A DNA stretch of 64,000 nt from Rebecca billardiae RCC1528 (taxonomy: Eukaryota; Protista; Haptophyta). Below are positions 10,952-21,982 of the stretch, piece after piece (position 1 is the first letter of the stretch; every line of letters starts with the position of its first letter). A model generated the notes under the pieces. That model saw nothing but the letters and a program-made list of their open reading frames with translations. It was not told the origin of the DNA and did not search any database. The DNA lies in NCBI GenBank assembly GCA_965240325.2, contig OZ251239.1, positions 1,116,001 to 1,180,000 on the forward strand. The letters are read 5' to 3'. Both the position numbers and the translations under genes were made by a program.

Positions 10952-11860
10952 TCATGGCTGAGCATTGGGGCTGAGCAAGCCGAGTGCAAGTTGCCGCGAG
11001 GTCACCGCGCCTGGTGTGCCCGCTTGGTCAGCGCTGGCGATCTCGATGGCGTGCTCGCCGATCGAGAGGTGCGCGTACGCAGCCGCTCCCTCGCTGGCCT
11101 CGACCAAGCCCTCGCATGTGACGTGGTGCACGCCGCTCGACCGCCGAGCGTAGCCCCCAGGGTGATAGTGGCCGGCGAGGTAGAGCGCGACGACATCAGC
11201 GTGCGCGTCGAGCAGCTCGACCAGCTCCGCGTGGTTGAAGACCAGGTGCATATCGGTCGCAGCCTCATCCCACACGGGCATGTGACCGACGACGATCGCC
11301 CTGCGGCCGTGTGCTCGGCACGAAGCCAGCCGCTCGCGGAGCCAGTCTAGCTGCACGGCGCCAACGCCGCCGTTCCATGGCTGGGCGTAGGGCAGCTTGC
11401 CCTCGTGCTCGGCGAGAAAGGCTCGACCCTGTGCAATCAAGTCCTCGCTCGCACCCCTGAGGCCCACGTCGGTGGTATCCAGCACAAGTAGCGTCCACTG
11501 CGGTGTGAGCTCCCGCTCGTAGTATGGCTGCATCCCGAGGGAGGAAAGCAGGTACTCGCGGCCGACGTCCAGGCAGTGGTTCCCGACGACGTGGTGCACG
11601 GGCATCTGCAGGCGGCCGAACTCACGCGCGACCGCGTTGAAGTCGGCCTTCGTCGAGGCATCGGAGTCATTGCCGTCGACAATGTCTCCCAGGTGGATGA
11701 CTGAGTCCGGGCGATCCTTGTTGAAGGCGTCGACTGCGGCAGCGAGCTTAGGCAGCGCCTGCCGGTAGTACCGCAGCGCACCGCCGTGTACGTCGTCGTC
11801 CTTGTCGGCATATTGCACATCCGCGACGAGCCCGAGGCGATATGGCGCCACCATCGTCAT
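10952..11860 (-). CDS. ADPRM: Mn2+-dependent ADP-ribose/CDP-alcohol diphosphatase (metallophosphoesterase)
   Basis: Motifs ADVQYAD, RYYR, HLGDIVDG, GNHC, NGGVG..QL.WL, GH.P, LAGHYH.GGY. Confidence 0.9.
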   Translation of the reverse strand: MTMVAPYRLGLVADVQYADKDDDVHGGALRYYRQALPKLAAAVDAFNKDRPDSVIHLGDIVDGNDSDASTKADFNAVAREFGRLQMPVHHVVGNHCLDVGREYLLSSLGMQPYYERELTPQWTLLVLDTTDVGLRGASEDLIAQGRAFLAEHEGKLPYAQPWNGGVGAVQLDWLRERLASCRAHGRRAIVVGHMPVWDEAATDMHLVFNHAELVELLDAHADVVALYLAGHYHPGGYARRSSGVHHVTCEGLVEASEGAAAYAHLSIGEHAIEIASADQAGTPGAVTSRQLALGLLSPNAQP

Positions 11861-11994
11861 CAGCAGAGTTGCCTATTGTACTGGGACATGCTGGCTGCCC
11901 ACGGTGTATCGGGAAGTTCGTCAAAGAATCAAAGTCGAAAGTGGCAAGACCTCGGGAACAGCCGAACCGGCAGTCCGGCACGGCCCCAAGCGAC

Positions 11995-12846
11995 ATGGAC
12001 GACAACAACGTCGCGCGCCCGGTCGGGGTGGTGCTCCTCCGCCACGGTGAGTCGACGTGGAATCTGGACAATCGCTTCACAGGATGGGTAGATGTGCCGC
12101 TCACGCCACGTGGCGAGCAGCAGGCACGCGCGCTGGGCGTGCGACTCGCATCATACGGCCTCAGCTTTGACAAAGTGTACGTGTCGTACTTGCAGCGGAC
12201 CGCTCGCACGGCTGAGCTGGTGATGTCCGTCATCGAGCCTGGGTGGGACATCTCGCGGGCCGTGCGCTCGTGGCGCCTGAACGAGCGCATGTACGGTGCG
12301 CTCACGGGCCACGACAAGCGCGCAGTCGCTGAGGCGCACAGCGCGGACGCATTCCAACGGATCATCTACGACCCGCCGCCGCTCGAGCCTGCCTCGGCGT
12401 TCTACCCGGGCAACGAGCCGCTGTACGCCGACCTCCCGAGAGAGGCGATCCCGCTCAAAGAGTCGTTCGACGACGTCCGCCGGCGCATTGCGCCTGTCTG
12501 GGATAAGCAGATCAGGGCGGACGCGGAGCGTGGGGAGCGCGTGCTCGTGATCTCGAGCAAGAACGCGCTGCGCGCGCTGCTGATGCACATCGCGGACGTG
12601 CCCGCCGACGCGCTGCCATCCGTCGACGTGCCGAACAGCGTTCCGTTCAGCTATGACCTGCGCAGCCGCACGATCCACGCGCTCGATGGCGAGGGCGGCG
12701 GTCTGAGCCGTTCGCTCAGCCCGCATGAGCTCAGCTCGTTCTCAGCGGCGCGTTCGCTGCCCGGGATGGCACGGTCTGCTGCAGGCGTCGTGGGCGCGGG
12801 CGTTGCGGGTGCGCAGATGACGTCGTCATTCCATGGAACCGACTAG
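11995..12846 (+). CDS. gpmA: 2,3-BPG-dependent phosphoglycerate mutase-like histidine phosphatase
   Basis: Motifs LLRHGESTWN.DNRFTGWVDVPLT and WRLNERMYGALTG. The canonical AHGNSLR motif is replaced by SSKNALR. Confidence 0.85.
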   Translation: MDDNNVARPVGVVLLRHGESTWNLDNRFTGWVDVPLTPRGEQQARALGVRLASYGLSFDKVYVSYLQRTARTAELVMSVIEPGWDISRAVRSWRLNERMYGALTGHDKRAVAEAHSADAFQRIIYDPPPLEPASAFYPGNEPLYADLPREAIPLKESFDDVRRRIAPVWDKQIRADAERGERVLVISSKNALRALLMHIADVPADALPSVDVPNSVPFSYDLRSRTIHALDGEGGGLSRSLSPHELSSFSAARSLPGMARSAAGVVGAGVAGAQMTSSFHGTD

Positions 12847-13027
12847 CAGATTGGCGCGGGCATATCGCGTCCTTGCAGCAGCATATCTGGCGGCAGCTGA
12901 CGAGACGATCACTCCGCCAGCCGCAGCAGCAGCAGCGAGATTATATTGCCGACGAGATTATCATCGTCACTAGCTATTATCAGCCTCGTCAGGAATCAGC
13001 GTCACGGCGTCGCTGCTATGATGTTCA

Positions 13028-13028
<1 letters not shown>

Positions 13029-13105
<77 letters not shown>
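13029..13105. repeat. (TA)n microsatellite
   Basis: Seen directly in the sequence. Confidence 0.97.
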
Positions 13106-13110
<5 letters not shown>

Positions 13111-15034
13111 TGAACAAAAACGGGATTATCGTTACCGTAACCCGTCCGACACGAGCCGATTTTCGGGGAATTTCTCGCGCGGGCCGCACGAGCGCACAGA
13201 CGGCGCTACGGTGGTCGCGCAGGCGCCTGGCGAGTGCCCCGGGCATGGGACTGCAACATCCCACCCAGCCTCCCCATCCCTCCGCCCCTCTCTGCCTCGC
13301 CGGGTTGCACGCGGCTGGCCGGTCACGTAGCTCGTGGTGAGCCATTCGTGAGCGTGGAGCCCTGCTGCTCAGTGCGGCGATGCAGCGAGGCGAAGCGGCG
13401 CGTAAGATGGCGCATCTTACTCCGAATGCAGTCTGCTACCAGCACAGCCGCCCTCGCCGGAGTGCCTGGTCGTCACCTTCGTCGTGTGCACGTGTCGCGC
13501 GCTGCCCATCAACGAGCGATCGTAAGCCTTCTCCGGAGCCATTCAAACACGCTCGTCCTCGACGAGGCGTGCGCGAGGCACCACGCGAGCGCGGGAGCGG
13601 CCCTTCCTAGCGTAGACCTGCACGGCCATCCACCTCGCCACAGCCTGCCATGTCACATTCCTCCCCACACACACTGCTCGCGTGCCGCGTGCCGGCCGGT
13701 CGACTAGCCAGACAGAAGGGTGCACAGATATTTTCGACTGCGAGGAGACGGCGGCGAGCACAGGCGCGCGCGCAGCGCCGTCCCGCGCTTCATTGGGATG
13801 TTCTAGACCAGTCGCGCGCCCGCGGCACCGCACCCGCCCTCTCCGCGTCGCGTGCCACTCCACACCGCGCGCGTGGCTCTCGACGTGTACGTCGAGGCCA
13901 TCTTGCGGCCGATTCGTACCCGCATGTATTCAACAAATACGACAAATCGCCGAGCTGAACGCACCTCGTCGCGCGATGGCATGGTCGCGCTGTTGGACGT
14001 CGCTCGCCGCAGGAAATTCGGTACGCGACGAGAGCACGGCGCACGCGCACGGCGCGGCGTGGGAGGCGGGGCGGTGGTGTCCTCGAGCCATCCCGCCCAC
14101 GCCGCGGTGCGCCAGCCGCCACCTCGCCGCGCCGTGGCCCATGCCGCGCGGCAGGTGTCGACCAGACCGACCTTGCCGCCCAAAAGAGGGCCGCACCGGA
14201 AATTCTGTATTTGTTGAATACGGACTTACCCATGTGCCCGCGGTGCGGCGGCGCCTGTGGCGGCGGCGCGGCCCGGCGGCGGCGGCGCGGGCAGCCTGAC
14301 GGGCCAGATAGGGCGCGCCAGGTCGGGGCGATCGTGATGGGATGGTTCCATGCGCATCAGTGCGTGCTCCTGTGCATCTCAAGAGCGCGCTGGGCGCCCT
14401 CTCTCGCGCCTATGCCCATCCCACGCGGTCTGAGAAGCCTCTGTTTGGACACCGTTGGCTGCGCGCTCGGTCGTGGCTGCCCGGCGGGTCGGAGAGGTCG
14501 AGGCGAGCCGGGTCGTTCGCGACGGACGATGTCTATGGGTTATGGCGAGTGGCAGCACGCAGCTCGGGCGCGCGCCCGGCGCCTCCTCGCCGCGCTACAT
14601 CCACACCAAGATCTGGCCCCAAAACAGGCTTCAAGAGCGAAAGTCAGTCTGGGAGCTGCTCAGGCCGCTGTGTGCGGTTTGGCGGCGTACAAACTTGTGG
14701 AGCGGGTGCCCACATGGGTTGGGCACAATGCTACAGAACGTTTTTCCGCGAAACACCACTTCCTCGCCTCTCCGCGCGCGTGCCGCGCGGCCCCCGTGAA
14801 CTCATCTCAACAGGTCACGTGTGGCCGCCCGTGGAGCGAGGGTGGGCGAGGAGGGGCGGGGGAGGGTGACGCCGCCCCAGGGAACCGCCTTGGCAAGCCG
14901 GCCGACGCCTCGCAGCCCCCCTCGCGGCAGTCATACGCGCACGCCCGCCGCTCGGAGCGCGCCATCGATTCGAATGGGCGTGCGCACGACCGACCATGCT
15001 CAAACGGCTTCCGGCCCGATCTTTCTCCACTGTG
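13106..15034. mobile_element. 1.93-kb non-autonomous TIR element with CACAGTG termini, inserted in (TA)n
   Basis: Left end CACAGTGAACAAAAACGGG; right end (reverse complement) CACAGTGGAGAAAGATCGGG. TA repeats abut both ends. No transposase ORF recognised. Confidence 0.72.
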
Positions 15035-15193
15035 TATATATATATATATAGATAGTATATCGTCACCGCCTAGTAGCTAGCTATAATATAAATAAGGCAT
15101 GACCGCTCTGACCCCGGGCGGGCCGGGCGGTCCCGGGGATTCACTCGTCGCGATGATATATATTCTCTAGCTTCTAGGCCGGGCTGGAGGCGG

Positions 15194-18100
15194 CTAGAAC
15201 CGGATGTCGTCATCCCGGTCGCTGTCGTCCTCGACGTCGTGCTCGTCGTCCTCGTCGTCGGCCGCATTGCCCTCGCCGCCCTCGCCGTCGCCTTCGATCT
15301 GCGCATCCTCATCCGCGGCACGCGCATCACGGCCACCGCCTGCAAACCCAGCCAACCCAGGCACTCCCGGGCCGTCCTTCTCCACTTCCAGGATGTCGGC
15401 GGCCACCATCGTTGCGGCCCTGGCGTGCTCGGCTGTGCGCTCGAGGGCGTCTCGTGCGCCGCCAGCCTCGGGCAGCTCGCCGTCGCCCTCGCCGCCATCG
15501 GGGCCGGCAGCCTCCGCATATGGCCCGTCGGCACCGTCGACATCGCCCCGTGGCGCAGCGCGCGGGCCCCAGAAGCCGCCGCCGCCGCCGTCGCCGTCGC
15601 CGTCGCCGTCGGCCTCGCCCGCCTCCGCGTCCTCGCTCGCCTGCCGCTCGCGCTGCCGCTCCTCGCGCTCGCGCTCGTCCTGCTCGGCCGCCGCGGCCGC
15701 GCTCCGCGCGAGCGCCCGCTCGACCAGCCTGCGGTCGGCCGCCGCCTGCTCCGTGCGATTCGCGGCGCTGCCGCCCGCCGAGCCCGGCACGCCAGCCGCG
15801 GGCGGAGCCTCTGCGGCACAGCCGCTCAGCTCGAGCAGCAGCGGGTAGTGGTCAGAGAGACGCGCCGTTTCCTCCGAGTGGACTAGCGAGGCGCGCGCGT
15901 GCGGGCACGCGGCGCGCAGCGCTCGGTTGGCGAGGGCGTAGTCCAGCCGCATCCGCGCCGCGTGCATCGAGTCCATGTTCGTGCGCGTCGGCACCGAGTA
16001 CGCGCCCGCCTTGGTCTCATGCCCCACGTCTGAGAACCCGCCGTCCAGCAGCGCGCGCATCGGCTCATAGGAGATGCGCCCGGCGCCGTCGAGGAACTTC
16101 TGCGAAAGCGACGGGTCCATGCCCAGCGTCGCGTGCAGCCGGCTGCGCGCGTGCTTTGCGCGGTCGTGCGGTGAGAGGGTGTTCAGGTCACCCAGCAGCA
16201 GAAACGGCGTGCCAGCGCTCGCGGCCGCGACTCTCACGATGGCGTCTGCCTCCGCGCGGCGCGCGCGCGCGCTCGTCGGCGACATGTGAGTCACGCATAG
16301 CCACAGCCGCGCCGTGCCGCCAGCCTGCTGTGCCTCCTGCCGCCGCCGGCGCGCGCCGGCCGTCGCCGTCGAGTTGGCGCCGGCGCGCGCGGCCGAGCTG
16401 AGGGGCACGCTCACTTCGACCAGCAGAAGGCCGTGGTGGAATGGGCTGCGGTCGCGGACGGCGCCGGTCGCGGGGGCGGGGCGAAGGGGCGGCGTGGCGT
16501 GTGGCGCGCGGCCCCGGGGTCAAGCCGGCGCACGCGCAGGGGTTTTGCGCGCACGTAAGGCGCGCAGCGCGGAGGGCGAGGGCTGCCCGCAGCCGCAGCC
16601 GGGCCATCGCCCGCGCGGGCGCACCGCGACACACGCGCGGCGCACGGAGCGCACAGCCGCCGCCGCCGCCGCCGCCGCCGCTGCAGCACACACCGCGCGG
16701 CAGCAAAGCCCTGAGCGAGCGATCGCACACACGCAGGCACAGTAGGCAGGACTCGCGCAGAGCAGCGCCGAGGGCGTACGGGCGGAGGGGCGTGGGCGGC
16801 GGGGCGGAGGGGCCGCACCGTGCGCTCGATCTCGCCACAACCTCGATCGGGAAGCGCGAGGCGATCGCCAGGTGGTAGCCGGTGAACGTCTCGAGGAGGC
16901 GCGCGTGGGGCATCCCCCACTCACGCGCGAGCAGGCCGAACGATCGCTCCGTCCAGCCGTTCATCTCGTTCAGGCTGAGCACGTCGAGCCCCGAGCGGAT
17001 GACGAACGCGCCGAGGCGGCCGAGTCGCTCCGGCTCGTCAATGCAGCCGTCCCGCACGTTGAACTGCATGGCGCGCACGCTCAGCCCGTCCGAGCGCGGC
17101 GCGGTGCCGCCAAACGCGGGCCCGCCTGCGACGGGCGGCGGCGTGGCGCGCTCGGTGCCCGCGCCCGCTCGACGCTCGGACCCCGCTCCCCACCGCTCCG
17201 TCCCAGCCGGGGTGCCGGCGGCGCTCGCCTCCGCCTCGCCGGGCCCGTCGGCAAGCGGCGCGCGCGGCGCGCGCAGCCCCAGCTCGGCCAGGCCACCCGC
17301 GTCTGCCACTCCCAGGAGCTCGAAGGGTGTCCGCCCCGGCTCGGCGCCTGGCCCCGCGCCATCGGCGTCGCCGGCCGCACCCGCGCGCCCGCCGCCGTCC
17401 GCGCCATCACGCGCACCGACCTGAATGTGCATGGGCCGCGCGAAGCGCAGCGGCCGCGCTCGGCCGCGCGCGCGCGCCGCGCTGCCGTCCGCGGCGGCAC
17501 CGAACGTCGGCGCCGCCGCGCACGCCACCGTGTGCGTCGGCACGGCGCGACCGGCGTCGTCGGCTGCGCCGGCGCCGCCGTCGTCCGCCGCGTCCCTGCT
17601 GCGCGCATGTGTTCTCAACTCGAACACGAACGGGCGGAGGGCGGAGGCGTCCACAGGCGCGTCGGCAGACACGCCGCCGTCCCGAGCAGCGGCCGGCGGC
17701 AGGTCAGACACAGGCGCACCCTCGGACACGCCGCCGCCCCGGACAGCCGGTGGCAGGGCCGATGCGTAGAGGGACAGAGGCTCCTCCTCGCGCTCCGCCG
17801 CGGCCCCGCCGTCCGCGGCGGCGCCGTCGGTGCCGCCGCCTCGGCCGCCAGTGCCGCCGCGCGCACGGCCCCGCGCGCTCGCCGGCGGCGGGCAGGCCAG
17901 CCATGCGCCCGTCGACGGCGAGTACAGCAGAACCCTGACCACGCCGCGCCGCGCCGCGCCACCCGCGCCGCAGTCAGCCGCGCGCTCGCACCCGCGCGCT
18001 GGTGAGGCGGCTGCCGGCACCGCGCCGTCGCCCCCGCCAGCGCGGCTCCCGCCGTCGCCCGCCGCGCCGTCCGCGTCCACGAGCGCGCGCAGCTGCGGCA

Positions 18101-19127
18101 GCGGCGGCTCGAGCTCAGTGCCGGCCTCAACCGGCCGGCTGGCGGTCCGCAGCGGCTCCGCGGCTACCGAGTCAGCCGCGGGTAATGTGAGTAACCGCGG
18201 CGCGCCGTCCGCGCCCGGGCTCTCGTCGACGCCGATCAGCACGAGCCGAGCGTCCGGCGCGCGCGGGTCCAGCTCGAGCGCCCCGACCGCCAGCCCCTCG
18301 TCGCGCCCGCCCGCGCTCGCATTCGCTGCCGCGCCCGCGGCCGACGCGAATCGCGCAGGCCCGGCCGCGCGCCACACGCCCCAGAAGAGGCCAGAGGCGC
18401 GCGCGCGGACGACGACCGTGCCCAGCTGCGTGAGGCGGAGGGCGTGCACCGCGCACGCGGGCTCGGCGGCCCCGGCGCGCGCGTCCTCCGCGCACTCGCG
18501 CACCGCCAGCGCCGCCGCCGCGCCGTCTGCCACGCGCAGCTGCGTCCTGAAGTCGCCGTCCAGCGCCGCCCAGGCAGACAGCTCCTCCTCGCCCGCGGCC
18601 TCGATCGGCGGCGCGCTCGCGGCGTCGGCGGGCATGGCGTCGGCCGGCGCGAGCGCGGAGGCGCGGCGCTCGCGCTCGCGCTCGCGCTCGCGCGCGCGCC
18701 CTCGCTTCGACGAAGGCCGCTCGATGAGCGTCGCGCCGCCTGGGCTCTGCACGGCCATGTCGCGCAGCGAGCGGTGTTGCACGCCGGCCTGCCTCGTGGC
18801 CTCGGCGACGGACGCGGAGGCGAGGCGTGCGAGGCGGTCCGCGGGTATGTCGGGCACGCGTGCCGGGCGCGAGGCTTCGCCCCGTGGCGGCTGGTCGCGC
18901 GCCGCGCCGCCGGCGGCGCGCGTGGCCACGCCTCTCAAGCGCGCGTGCTCGGTGCTCAGCACCCAGCCGCTGCCGATCAGTAGCACGCACGCGCCGCCGA
19001 TGGTGAAGGTGCAGAGCAGGCACTGCAGCGATGGCCGAAGCAGCGCGCGCCGCCGCGGCGAGCGCCCCGGCGCCGCCGAGCCGGCGGAGTTGGTGCTCCG
19101 CCCGCGCGACACCGCGCGGCTGTGCAT
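15194..19127 (-). CDS. Type II membrane protein with C-terminal endonuclease/exonuclease/phosphatase (EEP) domain; intron 16446-16818
   Basis: EEP motifs QFNV, DVLSLNE, THMSP, LLGDLN, RLDY, SDHYP. N-terminal TM segment (LLCTFTIGGACVLLIG) and an acidic tail. Confidence 0.82.
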
Positions 19128-19288
19128 GCCCACGATGGCCACTGGACGCACGCTCGCACACCCCCGCGCGGCGCCCGCTCGCGCTCACGAGCAGCAAGGA
19201 AGCATGGCGGATCGTTGGTACTGAGCACGCGCCTTGAAGTGGCTGCTCATTCCGGGGGGAACGGCGCGGACGGGCTGAGCGCGGCGCC

Positions 19289-21044
19289 ATGGGTGCGTGG
19301 CTCCTACCAATGTTCGGCTCGAGCCTCACCTTCGCCATCGCCGACGTGCTTTGCGACGTGGTCATTGTCGAGCGCGCGCCCGCGGGCAGCGAGGAGTCTG
19401 GCGCAAACGACGATGGCGACGACGAGCGCGAGCTGCCAGAGCAGATCAGCGAGGCGGAGGCGGAGCTGCAGCCGATCCTGCCGCCGTCCGAGCACCGCAA
19501 CGGCGACGCGGCCGAGCTCTCGCCCGGTCGCTCGTCTAAGCGCGCGCGCTCGAGCTCGACAGTCTCCACGCCGCGCGCGGGCTCGCTCGAGGTCGCGGAG
19601 GCGGAGGGGCTGACGGGCGAGCAGGACACGGCGATGGCTGGTGCGGGCGCGAGGGGGCATACGCGTGCGCCGTGTACCCGCGCACGCGGCCTCGACGCGC
19701 GCGTGACCCGCGCGCTGCTCTCACGGCCCCGCGCCGCCCGGTCCCGCGCGCCGGCGGCGCCCGCGCCCCGCGCGCAGGCTTTGTGAATGTGACTGGCTTG
19801 ATAGCTGTGTTCAGCTACTGGTACTTGCGCGCATCCAACGTGTCCGTTGGGATGCTGAACAGCGAGCTGGGCACGCTCCCGGGCGGCGCGACGGAGGAGA
19901 GCGAGGACGCGCCCGGCGAGGTCTTCGTGTGGGGCCCGACGACTCACATCCAGTTCTGGGCGGCGCTGGCGGGCGGCGTGCTGACTTTCCTGCATTACTT
20001 CCTGCTGCTCAAGGCGTTCGAGGGCGCGTCGTCGACGGTGCTGCTCCCGCTCGTGCAGGTCGCGTCGGTCGCCACGCTCCTCGGCTCCGCGGGCATCTCC
20101 CTCCTCCGCCACGAGGCGTGGATCACCGGCAGGCACCTCTGTGCATACGCCCTGCTGTTTGTCGGAGGTGCGCGCGCGCGCGCGCACCTCGCGCGCGCGC
20201 TCTGCCGAAGGCGCCACCGCGTGTACTCGCCGCGTGCTCCGGACGCGCCACGGCCGCGGCGAGGATCTGCGCGCCGGACGGCGTGCCGGCTCGCGCGGCC
20301 GTGGAGCGGATGTGGGTGTGGCGTCAGGGGCCGTGCCGGTCTCCGCGCTTCAGCGCGCGCGGGCTCACGCGCACGCGCACGGCGCGCACGGCGCGCTCGC
20401 GGTGCCGCCCGCGCGCAGGCGTGCTGCCCGCGTGCGACGGCCAGCTCAAGGCGCTCCTGCGCATGCAGTTCTGGCGGCAGACGTTCGTGTGGTGCACGAT
20501 CCTCTCCGAGCTCACGCTCGGGGCGCACGACCTCATGCTCAACGCGTGCTCGTACCACGGCTCCGCCCCCGGGAGGGAAGTGGACGAGGACGGCAACGAC
20601 GCGCTCGCCACCGGAAGCTCCTCGTCGTGGTCGGATTCGTTCCAGTTCTTCTTCTACTCGCGCATCGCGTTCTGCTTCACGTTCGCCGCGCTATTCGCGT
20701 GCAACGCGCGGCTGCTCTCGCAGCTGCACGCGCTGCTGCTCGGGACGGTGCCGGCAAAGTTCATCGTGCTCTCGCTCTTCTCGGAGGGGCTGACGGTACT
20801 TGGCTTTTACTTGGCCAGCCTCGCGTACGCGCTCTTCTACCAGGCGGCCATTGTGCACGCGGCCGAGGCGTCGATGAGCCAGCTCCTCAACCTGCTGATC
20901 GCGTTCGTGCTGCACCGCGCGTGCCGCATCGGCCGCGCGTCGGCCGCTAGCGGGCTGCGCGTCAAGCTCGCGTCGTTCATACTCGTCACAGCGGGGCTCT
21001 TCCTCTGCGGAGAGGATGGGCAGGGCACCCTGCGGCGGCGATAA
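19289..21044 (+). CDS. DMT/EamA-like multi-pass transporter; introns 19641-19777 and 20168-20418
   Basis: Two internally similar hydrophobic halves (LLKAFEGASSTVLLPL; ASLAYALFYQAAIVHA). GT-AG introns restore the frame. Confidence 0.7.
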
Positions 21045-21409
21045 TTTTAACCCTTTGTCGCGGCTCATGACGTCATGTTGCGCAGCGCTGATTGATGCAT
21101 GCTAACCGGATCCGGTGGATATCGGTACCACCGCGACGACTGTCGTAGCTATAGCACCTGACTCAGTGACATCATCACATGCAGTCACTGGTCTGCCGAG
21201 TGCCGCCGACCGAGATCGTCGTCAGATCCGAGTCACGTTGACTTATTATTGCTGCGACGGCGCCACGGCCACGGCCCGGTCGGCCCGCCCGCTCCCGCCC
21301 GCGGGCAGCGGCGCCGTGGCCCCCGCCGGACACGGCCTGCGGGCTCCTTGTGCCGCAGCATCGGTCAGTGCCGCTCGAGGGCACGGGCGTCGTGCCACCC
21401 GTGGCCTTC

Positions 21410-21865
21410 TCACTGACTACGCGAAGTGAAGGCGAGCTTGAGCGCGATCGCAAAGACGGCGCCGGCAACTACGGACCGAGGGTGGTGCAACCAGCAGAAG
21501 CGACGCGCCGTCTCGCACGTCTGCTCTGAGTCGGCGGCGCGCAGCGCCGTGATGTCCTCGCCCATAACGAGGATGGTGTATGGCATCACGCCAAAGATGG
21601 CGGCGCCCGTCGCGAGCCACGCCTTGTCCGAGGTCGCAGCGTATGCGGCCACGTGCGCAGCAGCGGTGGTCACTCCGAGAGGTGCCATCAGATCGCGACC
21701 GGCCGGCCACCACACGGGGAAGAATGCCTGCAGCACTTCGCTCTTGTTCTTGCCAGCGAGAGCGTAGAGCGCGCGCGCGTCCACGGCGGAAGCGAACAGG
21801 TAGCTGCCGGCGAGCAGGCCGGAGCAGGCCACGGCCGCGATCTCGGACCGGGAGACGGCTGACAT
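21410..21865 (-). CDS. DUF1772/anthrone-oxygenase-like small membrane protein
   Basis: 151 aa with ~4 TM segments; motifs GLLAG, PYT..VM...I..L, F..LHH.R. Confidence 0.7.
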   Translation of the reverse strand: MSAVSRSEIAAVACSGLLAGSYLFASAVDARALYALAGKNKSEVLQAFFPVWWPAGRDLMAPLGVTTAAAHVAAYAATSDKAWLATGAAIFGVMPYTILVMGEDITALRAADSEQTCETARRFCWLHHPRSVVAGAVFAIALKLAFTSRSQ

Positions 21866-21982
21866 GGAACCCCCGCTCGTCCACCGTCCTCCGCGCGCGT
21901 TCGAATGTGAAAAGACGACGAAGCCGAGCCAGAGACGGCCGCCGAAAATCAACGGCTCCATCCCGCGGCGGCGGAAGGCAGC

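Noticed and set aside
13106-13145. Canonical 12/23 recombination signal sequence
   Set aside because: The nonamer-like sequence is 1 bp from the heptamer, and nothing nonamer-like lies at 12- or 23-bp spacing. Kept only as a TIR similarity.
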